Below are positions 1 to 10,496 of a stretch of 64,000 bases of DNA, piece after piece (position 1 is the stretch's first letter; each line of letters begins with the position of its first letter). The stretch comes from Phaeosaccion multiseriatum (taxonomy: Eukaryota > Protista > Ochrophyta, other classes). The stretch covers positions 3,162,001 to 3,226,000 of the forward strand of contig OZ218955.1 of the NCBI GenBank assembly GCA_965112735.1. The letters run 5' to 3'. Under the pieces are notes generated by a model, which did not search any database, was not told the origin of the DNA, and was given only the letters and a program-made list of their open reading frames with translations. The position numbers and the translations under genes are program-made.

Positions 1-427
1 GCTCGTCCGTGAGTGGCAACAGTTGGCTGCGGGTGGGGTTGGTGGTGAAGGTGATGAACAAGCGTGTAGGGGGGGGCAAGTACTACAAGCAGAAAGCAAG
101 AGTACGCAAGGTGGTGGAGGGATTCATTGCTGAAGTGCGCATCCTCGGAGACGGAGGAGGAGGAGGAGGAGGAGGAGGAGGGGCAAAGCTGCGAATCGAC
201 CAGGACGATCTAGAGACGGTCATCCCGGCCATCGGCAAGGAGGTCATGGTGGTGGCTGGGGAGCATCGAGGCAGGCGAGCCGTGCTGACGGGGCTCGAAA
301 CTGACAAGTACTGCGCCTCTGTTAGGCTGCTTGAGGGAGGAGGGGGAGCAGTTGGTGATACAGGAGGGGGCGGGGCGAGGGGGAGGTTAGGCTGGAGTAC
401 GAGCAGATTTGCAAGGTTGCGGACTGA
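1..427 (+). CDS. KIN17: KIN17-like DNA/RNA-binding protein, C-terminal tandem KOW/SH3-like region (5' truncated; apparent 1-nt frameshift near 360-385)
   Basis: Translation WLRVGLVVKVMNKRVGGGKYYKQKARVRKV...LRIDQDDLETVIPAIGKEVMVVAGEHRG matches the KIN17 C-terminus. The expected end, LEYEQICKVAD* (392-427), lies in a different frame from ORF 9..440. Confidence 0.88.
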
Positions 428-898
428 TTCCTCTTTTTAGGAAGTATTTGTATCGTCACTTATATTATCTTACTTCAACGTATTTCACTCCACACATTCT
501 TGTCTTTCAGTAAGTATTCTTCTTACACTGGCCAAAGAAATAACTGTTTTGCTTTGCTTTACTTTGCTATCCCCCTTCCCCCCCTCCTCCTCCTTGTCCC
601 TTCGCTCTTGTTTGCACATTGTTGCCTCCCTTTCTCTTGCCTGTTCTCTTGCCCTGTCTGAGTCTTCTTCTCACTACAGACGACTCCCCCTCATGTTTTT
701 CCCACGCACGCACGCACACACGCACACACGCACACATCAACATCATCACTAGTGTTGTTCTTCCTGCAAACGTAAAAAATACACCCCTCCACCCCCTCCT
801 ACCACTCACTCACCACCCCTTCCCTCCTCGCATTTACATACATCCACCTCTCCTCCCTCCCTCCCTCCCCACGGCATTGATTGAGTTGCCTCCCTCCT

Positions 899-1165
899 AG
901 AGAAGGCCCTCTATCCCCTCTCTCTCTCTGCTCTCTGCCCTCTCTCTCTCTTTGCTCTCTGCGCTCTCTCTCTTTCCTCTCTCCTCTCTCTCTTTGCTCT
1001 CTGCGCGCTCTCTCTCTTTCCTCTCTTTCCTCTCTCTTTGCTCTCTGCGCTCTCTCTCTCTTTCCTCTCTCCTCTCTCCTCTCTCTCTTTGCTCTCTGCC
1101 CTCTCTCCCTCTTTGCTCTCTGCCCTCTCTCTCTCTGCCCTCTCTGCCCTCTCTCTTTGCTCTCT
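899..1165. repeat. CT-rich compound minisatellite (ctctctctttgctctctgc-like units)
   Basis: Repeated ~19-25 nt CT-rich units between the convergent KIN17 and Deg 3' ends. Confidence 0.85.
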
Positions 1166-1249
1166 GTTTGGTAATCTGTGGTTGGTCGTCCTCCAAAAGC
1201 CGACGCGACTAAGAGAGAGACAGAGAGAGAGAGTCGAAACCGTGAGGTA

Positions 1250-4200
1250 TCACCAACTGCTGCTGCTTCCACTGGTGCCACTGCCGCCACCGCTGCTGCT
1301 GCTGCTCTGCTGGGTCCCCCCTGCCCCCCCCCCTCCCCCTCCCCCTCCTCCCACTGCCGCTGCCTTTTGCTGCTTTTGCCTGCGGCTCTGAGCAAGCACG
1401 TCGTTGAGGTCTCTGGCGACGACTTCAATGTCGTGGATGCGGTCTTGCCGAAGCACCTGTTGACGCGCACACACACAATACACACACATAGAGAGAGGGA
1501 GAGGGAGAGGGAGTGAGAAGAGAGAGGGAGAGAGAGAGGGAGTGAGAAGAGTGAAGAGAGTGAGTGAGAAGCGAGACGGAAGAGAGAGAGAGGCTGGGCC
1601 GCTTCCCGTATAGTCCTGGCATGTGGGTGTGTGTTCGTGCGTACGTGCGTGCGTTCTCCCTTTGGTTACCTTGAGATGAATAAGCCCTCCGATGGGGGTG
1701 GCGTCAATGATGCTCACGGCGTCCTGCTTGCTGCTCACGCGCTGCCCCTGCATCTCCAGCACCACGTCGTACCTGCAGCAGTTGGTGATACAGAGGAGGA
1801 GGGAAAGGAGTAGGGCATGAGAATCACATTCCTAGAACACACACCCTCTCACACTGCCCTCAAGACACACCAACTGCACACCCACTCACTCACCCACTCA
1901 CTCACCCACCCACCCACCCAACAATACCCACTCCTTCCCTCCTTCCCTCCCTCCTTCCCTCCCTCCCTCCCCTCCTTCCCTTCCTCTCCTTCCCTCTCTC
2001 CCCTCCCTCCCTCCTTCCCTCCTTCCCTCCCTCCTTCCCTCCCTCCCTCCCCTCCCTCCCTCCCTCCCTCCCTCCCTCCTTCCCTCCCTCCCTCCCTCCC
2101 CACCTGCGTAGGCCTGCATCGGCAGCGGGAGTGTTGGGCTTGACACGCAGCACCATGGCTCCGTTGATCTCGGGAAGCTGCGTGGGGCTGTTGGGGTTGC
2201 CGTTGTTCTGTAGTAGGGTGGAGGGAGTGCGGGGGGGGGTGAGGGAAGGGGGAAGGGGGTGAGGGGAGGGGGGGTAAGGTAGCAGGCCTTTCAATCTCTC
2301 TCTCCTCCCGTTCTCCTCCCCGCATGCCTCTAAACCTCTCTCCTCCCGTTAATTCTCGTGTACCTCTTAACCTCTCTCCTCCCGTTCCTCCCCGTATGCC
2401 TCTAAACCTCTCTCCTCCCGTTAATCCTCGTGTACCTCTTAACCTCTCTCCCTCCTTTCCTCCCCGTATGCCTCTACACCTCTCTCCTCCCGTTAATCCT
2501 CGTGTAACTACTAACCTCTCTCCTTCCGTTCCTCCCCGTATGCCTCCAAACCTCTCTCCTCCCTTCCCCCGCCCTGCATACCTCTGAGCGGTCCTCCCCT
2601 TCCCCTTCTCCTCCCCTCCTCTCACCTGCTTCGCAAAGTCCGGTGTAACCGTTCGTAACTCCAACCCGACATACGGGTGTTGAATCGCCCTCCCCATGGC
2701 CAGGTCATGCATGATCAACTTGGCCTGATTAATGGGTATCGCAAACCCAATTCCTTCCGTGTACGCCCGCACCGCCGTGTTGATCCCCACCACCTCGCCC
2801 CACTCATTCACCAACGGTCCGCCCGAGTTGCCCGGGTTGATGGCCGCGTCTGTTTGAATGAAAGAGATCTTTCGATGAGGCACCCCAACCTCTCGAGCGG
2901 TACGATGTAGACTACTCACAATGCCCAGTGTCACGGAGCTGTCCAGCCCCACAGGGTTCCCCACCGCAATGACCCAGTCCCCAACATGGAGCTGAGAACT
3001 GTCACCAAACCTCGCTGCGGGCAGCTTGACCTGCTGCCTCTCTGCTGCCATCCCCCCACCCCCTCTTCTTCCAGTGTTGGCCGTCGCAGCCGCCGCAGCA
3101 GCAGCGCTGTCCCCATTCATGTTCCCACCTCCACCCATCCCCGCCCCCTCACCCCCACCACCGCTGCTGGCCGAGCCCTGAGCAGCTGCCCTCACTCCAC
3201 TGCCCTTGCCCTGCCCTGTCTCCTGGTGGTGTCGAGCGTCGATCTCCAACACTGCAAGGTCGCTGAGATCGTCCAGCCCCTGCACTGTAGCGGGAAACTT
3301 TCGCCCATCTGTGAGTGCCGAGTCAGTGGAGTGAGTTTGAGTGCGTGAGTGAGAGTCGAGTGAGTGAGTGAGTGAGTGAGTGAGTGAGTGAGTGAGTCGA
3401 GTGAGTGAATAAGTGAGTTGAGTGGGCAAGTGAGTGAGTGAGTGAATGAGTCGAGTGAATGAGTGAGTTGAGTGAGTGAGTAAGGGAGTGAGTGCGGGAG
3501 TGAGAGTGAGTGAGTGAGTGAGTGAGTGGGTGAGGGAGTGAGGGAGTGAGTGAGTGAGTGAGTGAGTGAGTGAGAGGGTGAGTGAGTGAGGGAGTCGAGA
3601 GAGTGGGTGGGTGAGTCGAGTGAGTGAGTTGAATGATCCCCATCTACTGCCATCCATCCATCCCTCCCTCACCTGTGAGTGTAACGGTGACTGCATCTGC
3701 CCCTTGGATGACGTGAGAATTGGTGAGCACCAAGCCCTCTTCGCTGAAGATCACCCCACTGCCTTGACCCTGCTCCAACACACAGAGAGACATCACATTC
3801 CATCCGATGAGAAGAGGTTAGAGCAGCCGTGCACAAGGCCGGGAGGGAGAGGCACACACACAATACGCATAGAGAGAGACGGACGCAGAGAGGGATAGGG
3901 ACAAGGCGAGCCAAGACATCAGGGGGAAGACATGGGCATTGGGCACAGGCATAGAGAGAACGAGAGACGGGGGCGTAGAAGGAGGGAGAGAGAGAGTACA
4001 TATAGATCACGGTTCCTCCACCCCCCCCTCGTCCTCCTCCTCCTTCCTCTTCCTCTTCCTCCCTTCCCACCTCCCCCTCCTCCTTCCCCTCACCTGCTCC
4101 ACATCCACAGGTGCCCTCTCCAAATCGAAGGGCGAAGCTGCCTCCTGCGTCTCTGCGCTCTGTACGATCTTCACCACGTCAATTCGACACACAGAGGGAG

Positions 4201-4574
4201 ACACCGCCCGTGCTGCCTAAAGAGGGGCAGAGGGAGGGAGGGAGGGAGGGAGGGAGGGAGGGATGAGGAAGGAAGGGAGGGAGGGAGGGAGGGAGGGAGG
4301 GAGGGAGGGAGGGAGGGAGGGATGAGGAAGGGAGGGAGGGATGAGGAAGGGAGGGAGGATCAAGGAAGGGAGGGAGGGAGGGAAAGCGAGGCAAGGAGAG
4401 AGGTACCGCAGAACTGCAGAGCCTGTTTGAAGTTTAGGTCAAAGTGAAGTACAACTTCAGTGCGGTACACTACAGTCAAGTACGGCACCTGTGCCACGAA
4501 GCTTGAAGAAATGCGGCCGCTGTTGGGCCCTCCTCCTGTGGCTGCAGCTTGGGCCAGGCCATCCCTACAGGCAG

Positions 4575-4605
<31 letters not shown>

Positions 4606-6369
4606 CGTGTGTGGGGTGTGTGGGTGTTGCGCGTGTGAGTTATGAAGAGTGTAGGGTGACGGAGTTGGTGAAAACAAAGCCATTGTGTCACACACCACCC
4701 GCATTGGCCGGTCCAACAGGTTGGCTCGTTTTGGTTGACCAACACCCAAGCAAGCACACTCCAAAACAACACATATTATGTGGGCCGACAAACACACACA
4801 CGCTCACAAACACACACGCATTCTCTCTCTCTCTCTCTCTCTCTCACGTACACACACACACACACACACACACGTACACACACACGCTCACACGCTCACA
4901 CACACGCACACACACCTCGCAAAGGCCGACAAGTTGGGCAACTTCAACCCCTCCCCGCCCCCCGGGAGCTTTCCCCCTCCCCCCCCGGGGTTCTCGGCGG
5001 CTTTATTGGCCCCTCCCTCCGCCACGCTATCATCGCCAACGCCGCTGCTTCTGCTTCGCCGCTCCCTCCTCGCCTTCGCTCTCTCCGCCCTCGCCTTCTC
5101 CCTCTCGGCCCTCCTTCCTCCTCCCTTTGCCGATGGTTGAGACTGAGATGCAGAAGGAGAAGCAGCAGGGCTTCTTTTCTGTCCTTCTCCCCTTCCTTGT
5201 CCTTTTCGTTCTTCTCTTCCTGCTTCTCCTCCTCCTCCTCCTCCGACCGGCTCTCCGCCTGCTGCTGCTGCATCACCAACAGCTGCTGCTTTATCGCCAA
5301 CTGCTGTTGCTGTATCACCAACTGCTGCTGCTGTATCACCAGCTGCTGCTGTATCGTCAACTACTGCTGCTGTATCGCCAACTGCTGCTGCTGCTGCTTT
5401 CTCACCAACTGCTGCCGCTGTATCGCCTACTGCTGCCCCGGTATCACCAACTGCCCCTGCCTTGGCAGCACGTCGCCCTGCCCTCTTCTTCTCCTGCCGG
5501 GCGCCTACCCTCTTCTTGTTGCCAAACAGCGCCTGCTCTAGGTACGAATACGCACCCCCTCCCCCCTCCCCTCCCATTCCTCCTCTTCCCCCTCCTCCAG
5601 GCAGGCCTGCCCGCTCCCTTAATATGGTCTCTGCAGCCTTCCTGCCCCCCTCGGGCCCTTCAACAAAGAGAGACCCTAGCGCTGCCCTCAGCCCTCCTCT
5701 CTCATTGCTGCTGCCCTCAAGGTGAGTCTGCACCGCTGCCTCTGCCCCTGCCCCTGCCTTCATCCGTTCTGCCTCTGCTGCCTCCTCCGTTGTCGTCATT
5801 TGCGTCACTTCTCGTCCCGTTGCACGGGGCTCCTCCTGCCGCTCCAACCCCTGTGAGAGGTGCTGCTGCTGCCATACAACCAACTGCTGGGCTTTGGACG
5901 ACGTATAGGCTGCCATCTCCCGACCCTCGGGTGCAGCCACCCCTCGACGGCCCTTCTTCACCCCTCGTTTGCTAGTAGCACTAGCGCCATTGCCACCACT
6001 GGTCGATGAGCCACCTCCGCCATTTGTTGCCGCCGCTGCTGCTGCTGCTGCTGCTGCTGCTGCCTCCGCCTCAGCCTCCGCCAAAGCGTCGTCGACAGCC
6101 TGTTGCTTGATGATCGGCACGTCTTCGGACAGCACAAGGCGACCGCTTCGCTTCTGCCTTCGCTTGTTCGTCCTCATCTGCTTCTTGCTAAGCGGAGCAG
6201 CCTTGTTGGCTGTCCGGCTCCGTATGGGCTGGACGCCGTCCTCGAGTGTTTTGAGCTTCCCGAGGGCCTCTTGTTCTCTCTTCCTCTCTTCCTCCTCCTC
6301 GAGCTCTTCCATGAATGTCATTGCTGCTTCCTGCCCGGCGATGTCGGTGGGTGCGGTACGCTCCACCAT
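1250..6369 (-). CDS. Deg/HtrA trypsin-like serine protease with PDZ domain and long low-complexity N-terminal extension (multi-exon)
   Basis: Exons ~6369-4916, 4564-4489, 4216-4094, ~3772-3673, 3309-2626, 2209-2104, 1772-1670, 1457-1250 join through GT-AG introns. Motifs: SFVAQ|[25 protein letters not shown] (His), DLAVL (Asp), [17 protein letters not shown] (Ser), [27 protein letters not shown]. Resembles cyanobacterial HhoA/HhoB type. The true start may lie further upstream. Confidence 0.9.
2296..2565. repeat. Intronic minisatellite, ~36-nt alternating units
   Basis: Units ctctctcctcccgttcctccccgtatgcctctaaac and ctctctcctcccgttaatcctcgtgtacctcttaac alternate about 7 times. Confidence 0.85.
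3312..3630. repeat. (GAGT)n/(ACTC)n intronic microsatellite
   Basis: Long tgag tgag run, reading (CTCA)n on the gene strand, in a Deg intron. Confidence 0.9.
5262..5456 (-). repeat. In-frame tandem array (~9 x ~21 nt) of the GCAGTTGGTGATACAG motif encoding AAVGDT-like peptides
   Basis: Translation [62 protein letters not shown]. Exact copy at 5310-5325. Confidence 0.9.
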
Positions 6370-6385
6370 CTGGTGGAGCTGGCAG

Positions 6386-6433
<48 letters not shown>

Positions 6434-7154
6434 TGGAGTGGGGAGGGGGAAGGAAGGGGGGAGGGACGGAGGGAGGGAGGGAGGGAGGGAGAGAGGGCGG
6501 AAGGGACAGGGACAGAGAGCGAATTGGGCACAGGGGAAGGAAAGGAGGAGTAAGAAGAGAGACAGGAGAGGGACAAAGGTGGGGGACATATACGACAAGC
6601 AGACAGACAGATCAACAAGACAGATAGACAGACAGACATGAGCGGGTTGTGCAGTGTTGGTGACGGTGTTGCGAAAGGAAGGTGCTTTTGAGGGTGTCTC
6701 TGTTACTTGCCTCGAGCTGGTTTTTCCTCGGCCATCCTTGGCGGTCACCTCCTGGCCCCGCCAGTAGAACTGCTCGGTAGACGCACCACATCAGCAGCTG
6801 GACATGTGGGCGGGAGGAGGAGGAGGAGGAGGAGGAGGAGGAGGAGGAGGAGGAGGAGGAGGGGGAGGGAAGAGGGAGAGAGAGGGGGGGGAGGAGAGAG
6901 GGGAGTAACAAGACAAATACAAGACAGGACAAGAACAGTGTGTCTCGTGAGGGTGTGTTCACTGAAGCATACGCGTGTGCGAGAGGCAGAGCAGGCGAGT
7001 ACAGACTTGTCTACAATCGGCCCCCGGACCCCCGCCCTCCTGGATGTCACCCCTCCCTCCTTTCTCCCGCTCCCTCTGCCTATAAACTCCCCCTCCCCTC
7101 TTCCCCCTTTCTGTGCTTCTTGCTTCGTTTTTTGGTTTCCCTTGCTTCTTGCGT

Positions 7155-7874
7155 TCACATGGCGTTGCCTTTGCCCTTTGCCTCTTCAGCTTTATCCACT
7201 CTTACCCCAAGATTTGCCCCCACGGCTGTGGAGCTTGGTCCCAGATAGTGAGGCCTGTCTCGTGTAAAGGGCCTTCGAAACACCCTCAGCACCCTGGCCG
7301 GTAGACTCGCATTCAGCCTCTTCTCCTCCTCCTCCGCTGCCATCTGAGCCGCCGCCAAACTCGGGTACTTTTTAATCTCCGCCCCTGTGACAACGCTCAA
7401 GAAGTCATCCTTATAGTGTGGCCCGTCGGTCTTGTGGCTTCTGAACTTGTCCCGCGCTGCGAGCAGGTTGGTCACACGGCGCTGCCGCTCGACCCAGTGA
7501 CGGTGCTCTACAGGGTGCTCATGCACGTCGGGCTCCGGGTCGATATTGCCTCTGCCCCCCCCATCCTTATTGCCACCCTCTGGGTTCAACAAGCCGCCGT
7601 TCAAGCGCAAGAGCGAGCAGCGTTCGTCGTCCTCCTGCCGCCGCCGACGACGCCGAACTTTTCCTTGGAGGTGGTCAGTCTGGAGTTCCAGTGAGCATCC
7701 CTCAAACAATCGAGCATTTGCCTCCGTCCTGCTGCTGCCGCTGTTCCTACTGCTGATGTTGCAAGTGGTCTTCCCCATTCCCAACGGGGCAAGACGCGTT
7801 GGCAGCGTATTGATCAAGGCCAAAGTGGGAGCACCGCAGCAAAAAGCCACGGCAGCAGCAGCCAGCCGAGGAGT
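7155..7874 (-). CDS. Hypothetical protein or exon with N-terminal signal-peptide-like sequence; possibly the first exon of the Deg gene
   Basis: MTPRLAAAAVAFCCGAPTLALINTLP... is followed by non-repetitive coding-like sequence and a GTAAG donor near 7205. I could not establish a clean in-frame join to 6379. Confidence 0.55.
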   Translation of the reverse strand, partial: TPRLAAAAVAFCCGAPTLALINTLPTRLAPLGMGKTTCNISSRNSGSSRTEANARLFEGCSLELQTDHLQGKVRRRRRRQEDDERCSLLRLNGGLLNPEGGNKDGGGRGNIDPEPDVHEHPVEHRHWVERQRRVTNLLAARDKFRSHKTDGPHYKDDFLSVVTGAEIKKYPSLAAAQMAAEEEEKRLNASLPARVLRVFRRPFTRDRPHYLGPSSTAVGANLGVRVDKAEEAKGKGNAM

Positions 7875-8207
7875 CATCCTTCCGTGCCACACTGCTGGTC
7901 GTGCACGCTGTTGTCGCTCTCTCCTTCATATAATAAAGAGCGATTCCAAAAGGGGATCGATCCAAATCAATTTGAGTTTAAGGAGCGTTGATGTGCGCGT
8001 CACTCCGTCAGACTTCAACCGACCCTTTTTTTAACCGACCCTTTTTTTTCCTTCCTCTTTCCCTCTCTCTGCTAACCCTACCTCCTCCTCCTCTACCGTT
8101 CCTTTCTTTTCCGCCTCTACCTACTCTCCCTCTACCTGTTCCTACTTCCGGGCATGCTGCCGAAGAACAGTTCGGTAGAACGTCAGGGTTTGACTACCTC
8201 ACATGCC

Positions 8208-10307
8208 TCAGGCTCGAACCCTCTTTCGCGAAGGCTCTCCTTCGCCATCAGCTCCCTCTCGTCCTTCTCCTCCTCCTCCCCCACCCGTCTCCTCCTGCAG
8301 CGCAAAGCCGAACTCGCCCATCAACGCCTTCACCTCCCTCGACAGGCCCTCCAAGCAGAAGAACTCCGCGGCCTGCAGAGCCTGCTTTGCTCTGATCTCG
8401 TCAAACAGCTTTGCGCACTCTTTCCTCACTCCACCACCACTACTGCTGCTGCTGCCCCCCTCCGCACCACTGCTGCTCTCATGTCCTTCTCCGCTGCCAT
8501 TGCTGCTCGTGCCTCTCTTTCTCTTCCTTGCCGATCCAGGCCTCCTCGTCAGCAGCTCCTCCACGCTGCCCGTGGTGACGAACTTCACCACTGCCTCGAA
8601 GCCCTCCTCCGTGAAGTTCACTCCGTCGTACTCGAGCTCAATCTCATTCTTCTTGCCCTTCCCCTTTCCTTTCTTGCCGCTCCTGTACCCATACTTGGCA
8701 GGGTCCAGTAAGGTGGAGAGAATACCTGCTGCAGAAGTGTCTTTGCCAGCGCTCTTCGTCCCACTTCCCCCCCCCCCTCCCTCTCTGACCTTCTCCATCA
8801 GCTGCTCCACCAGCGGGATGCTCAAAGCGTACAGCTTCTCTCCCTTCGCCCCACTCACTTTGTTCACCAGTCGCACATCCACCACCTCTTGGCTGCGCGT
8901 GTCTCCTTCACCGCTGCCGCCCAGGATGGAATAGTGCTCTGCCACGGTGTCCAATCTACCAGAAAAAGCATCCCTTTCCTCCCTGCCTTTGCTAAGGAAT
9001 GAGGCGATGACACCACCGAAGCCCTTCTCTCCTGCCAAAGCGATAACCTTCTCGTCAACGGCAGCGCCCATCTTCAGCAGGAACGCAGCCACCTTCTCGC
9101 GGGTCTCGTGGCTGCCTGGCTCAGTTTCGACCGTGGCAAGTACGCCTGACACGGGTTGTTCATCAGGATGCATGCAGGCCATCAAGGGGCTTTGGCCCGT
9201 GTTGGTCAGAGCATCGATCTCAGCCTCAGCCTCCACAAGCAGATAAGACAGCTCCATGCTGCCCAGAGCTGCGGCCAGGTGTAGAGGTGTTACAGCAGTC
9301 CTGTTCTTCACCTTGACTGAGGCACCGGCTTGTATCAGCGCAGATACAATCTTCACATGACCCCGTGCGACCGCACAGAAGAGGGGGGTGTCGCCCTCAT
9401 CATCCACCAAGTCGAGAGCGGCGCCACGGCGCATGAGCTCCTTCACACAAGCCAATCTTCCGAAGAAGCATGCCAAGAGCAGCGGTGTGGAGATGCCGTT
9501 ATCTCTGGCATCAAGCTGCAGCCCTCTCTCCAGCAGAACAGGAATGCACTGCGGAGTGCCGCTCCATGCAGCGACGTGCAGGAGGGTCTCATTGGCACGT
9601 GTCTTGATGTGCACGTCGGCACCGCCCTTCAGCAGCAGAGACAAGGCCTCCGCCTGCCGTCCTCCCTTCTTCTCCCCCCCCCCCTCGCAGCATTTCTGGG
9701 CTGCCGTGTCACCATTTCTATCTCTCTCATTCGGCTTTGCCCCAGCCTTCAGTAACGCTTCGACACTCTCAGGATTCCCACTATGGGCTGCCTGGTGTAG
9801 GGCCTCGTTGCCCTCCACCTCCGCGCCATGCCCCATCAAGTACCTCAAAATCAGGGGGTGGTCACCTGCAGCAGCAAAGCCCAATGCGGTCCACCTATTC
9901 TCACACGTCGCATTGACATTTGCACCGGCTCCCACGAGTCCCTTGACCAAGTCGAAGTGTCCCTCCCGTGCAGCTCGGTGGAGAGGTGTCCGGCCAGGAT
10001 GAGGTGCGCAGTTCCCACTCTTGGTGTCAATATCAAGTCCGCAACTCTGCAACAGCTCAACGTTCCCCCGCATATTCATGCCCTTCTCCTCTGCGCAGCG
10101 TGTCTTCTTGCTTTTGTGCATGTCGGCCAGGGCATGGAGCGGAGTGTAGCCTTTCTTTTTAAAGCGCTCCAGGTCCACAGCGGATAAAATCACCTTGAGC
10201 AGTAGAAGGACGTGCTCCGTGCTGCTGGCCCCGCCCGAAGCCTCCCACTCCTTCGTGCCCTCATACCACTCGTCCACAAGCCGAGCCGTCTTTTCAAAAA
10301 ATGGCAT
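8208..10307 (-). CDS. Ankyrin-repeat protein with C-terminal BTB/POZ-like domain (intronless, 699 aa)
   Basis: About 9-10 ankyrin repeats (GRTPLHRAAREGH, TALGFAAAGDH, ETLLHVAAWSG, TPLLLACFFG, GDTPLFCAVARGH, TPLHLAAALG). C-terminal EIELEYDGVNFTEEGFEAVVKFVTTGSV...ALQAAEFFCLEGL is BTB-like. Confidence 0.88.
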   Translation of the reverse strand: MPFFEKTARLVDEWYEGTKEWEASGGASSTEHVLLLLKVILSAVDLERFKKKGYTPLHALADMHKSKKTRCAEEKGMNMRGNVELLQSCGLDIDTKSGNCAPHPGRTPLHRAAREGHFDLVKGLVGAGANVNATCENRWTALGFAAAGDHPLILRYLMGHGAEVEGNEALHQAAHSGNPESVEALLKAGAKPNERDRNGDTAAQKCCEGGGEKKGGRQAEALSLLLKGGADVHIKTRANETLLHVAAWSGTPQCIPVLLERGLQLDARDNGISTPLLLACFFGRLACVKELMRRGAALDLVDDEGDTPLFCAVARGHVKIVSALIQAGASVKVKNRTAVTPLHLAAALGSMELSYLLVEAEAEIDALTNTGQSPLMACMHPDEQPVSGVLATVETEPGSHETREKVAAFLLKMGAAVDEKVIALAGEKGFGGVIASFLSKGREERDAFSGRLDTVAEHYSILGGSGEGDTRSQEVVDVRLVNKVSGAKGEKLYALSIPLVEQLMEKVREGGGGGSGTKSAGKDTSAAGILSTLLDPAKYGYRSGKKGKGKGKKNEIELEYDGVNFTEEGFEAVVKFVTTGSVEELLTRRPGSARKRKRGTSSNGSGEGHESSSGAEGGSSSSSGGGVRKECAKLFDEIRAKQALQAAEFFCLEGLSREVKALMGEFGFALQEETGGGGGGEGREGADGEGEPSRKRVRA

Positions 10308-10496
10308 TTGGGAGGGATGGGGAAAAGAGAGAGGGCTTTAGAGGAAAACACAATTTGAATCTGGACTCACATTTGGCTATGGAGTATCAACAAGATCACC
10401 ACTAAATTACGTAACCTTACCCACGCTCATTAACCAGAGGTGCACGATTGTCGATCGAAAAACGTGAAGAGAAGCGAAGAACGCACAGAGAGACTG

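Noticed and set aside
4491-5975. 494-aa plus-strand ORF and Cys-rich CCCITNC ORF (metallothionein-like look)
   Set aside because: Antisense shadows of the Deg exon and its motif array.
6750-6798. In-frame TGA in a C-U-C context (selenocysteine?) in a candidate mini-exon
   Set aside because: Exon structure is unverified, no SECIS was identified and there is no selenoprotein homology. A different splice pattern is more likely.
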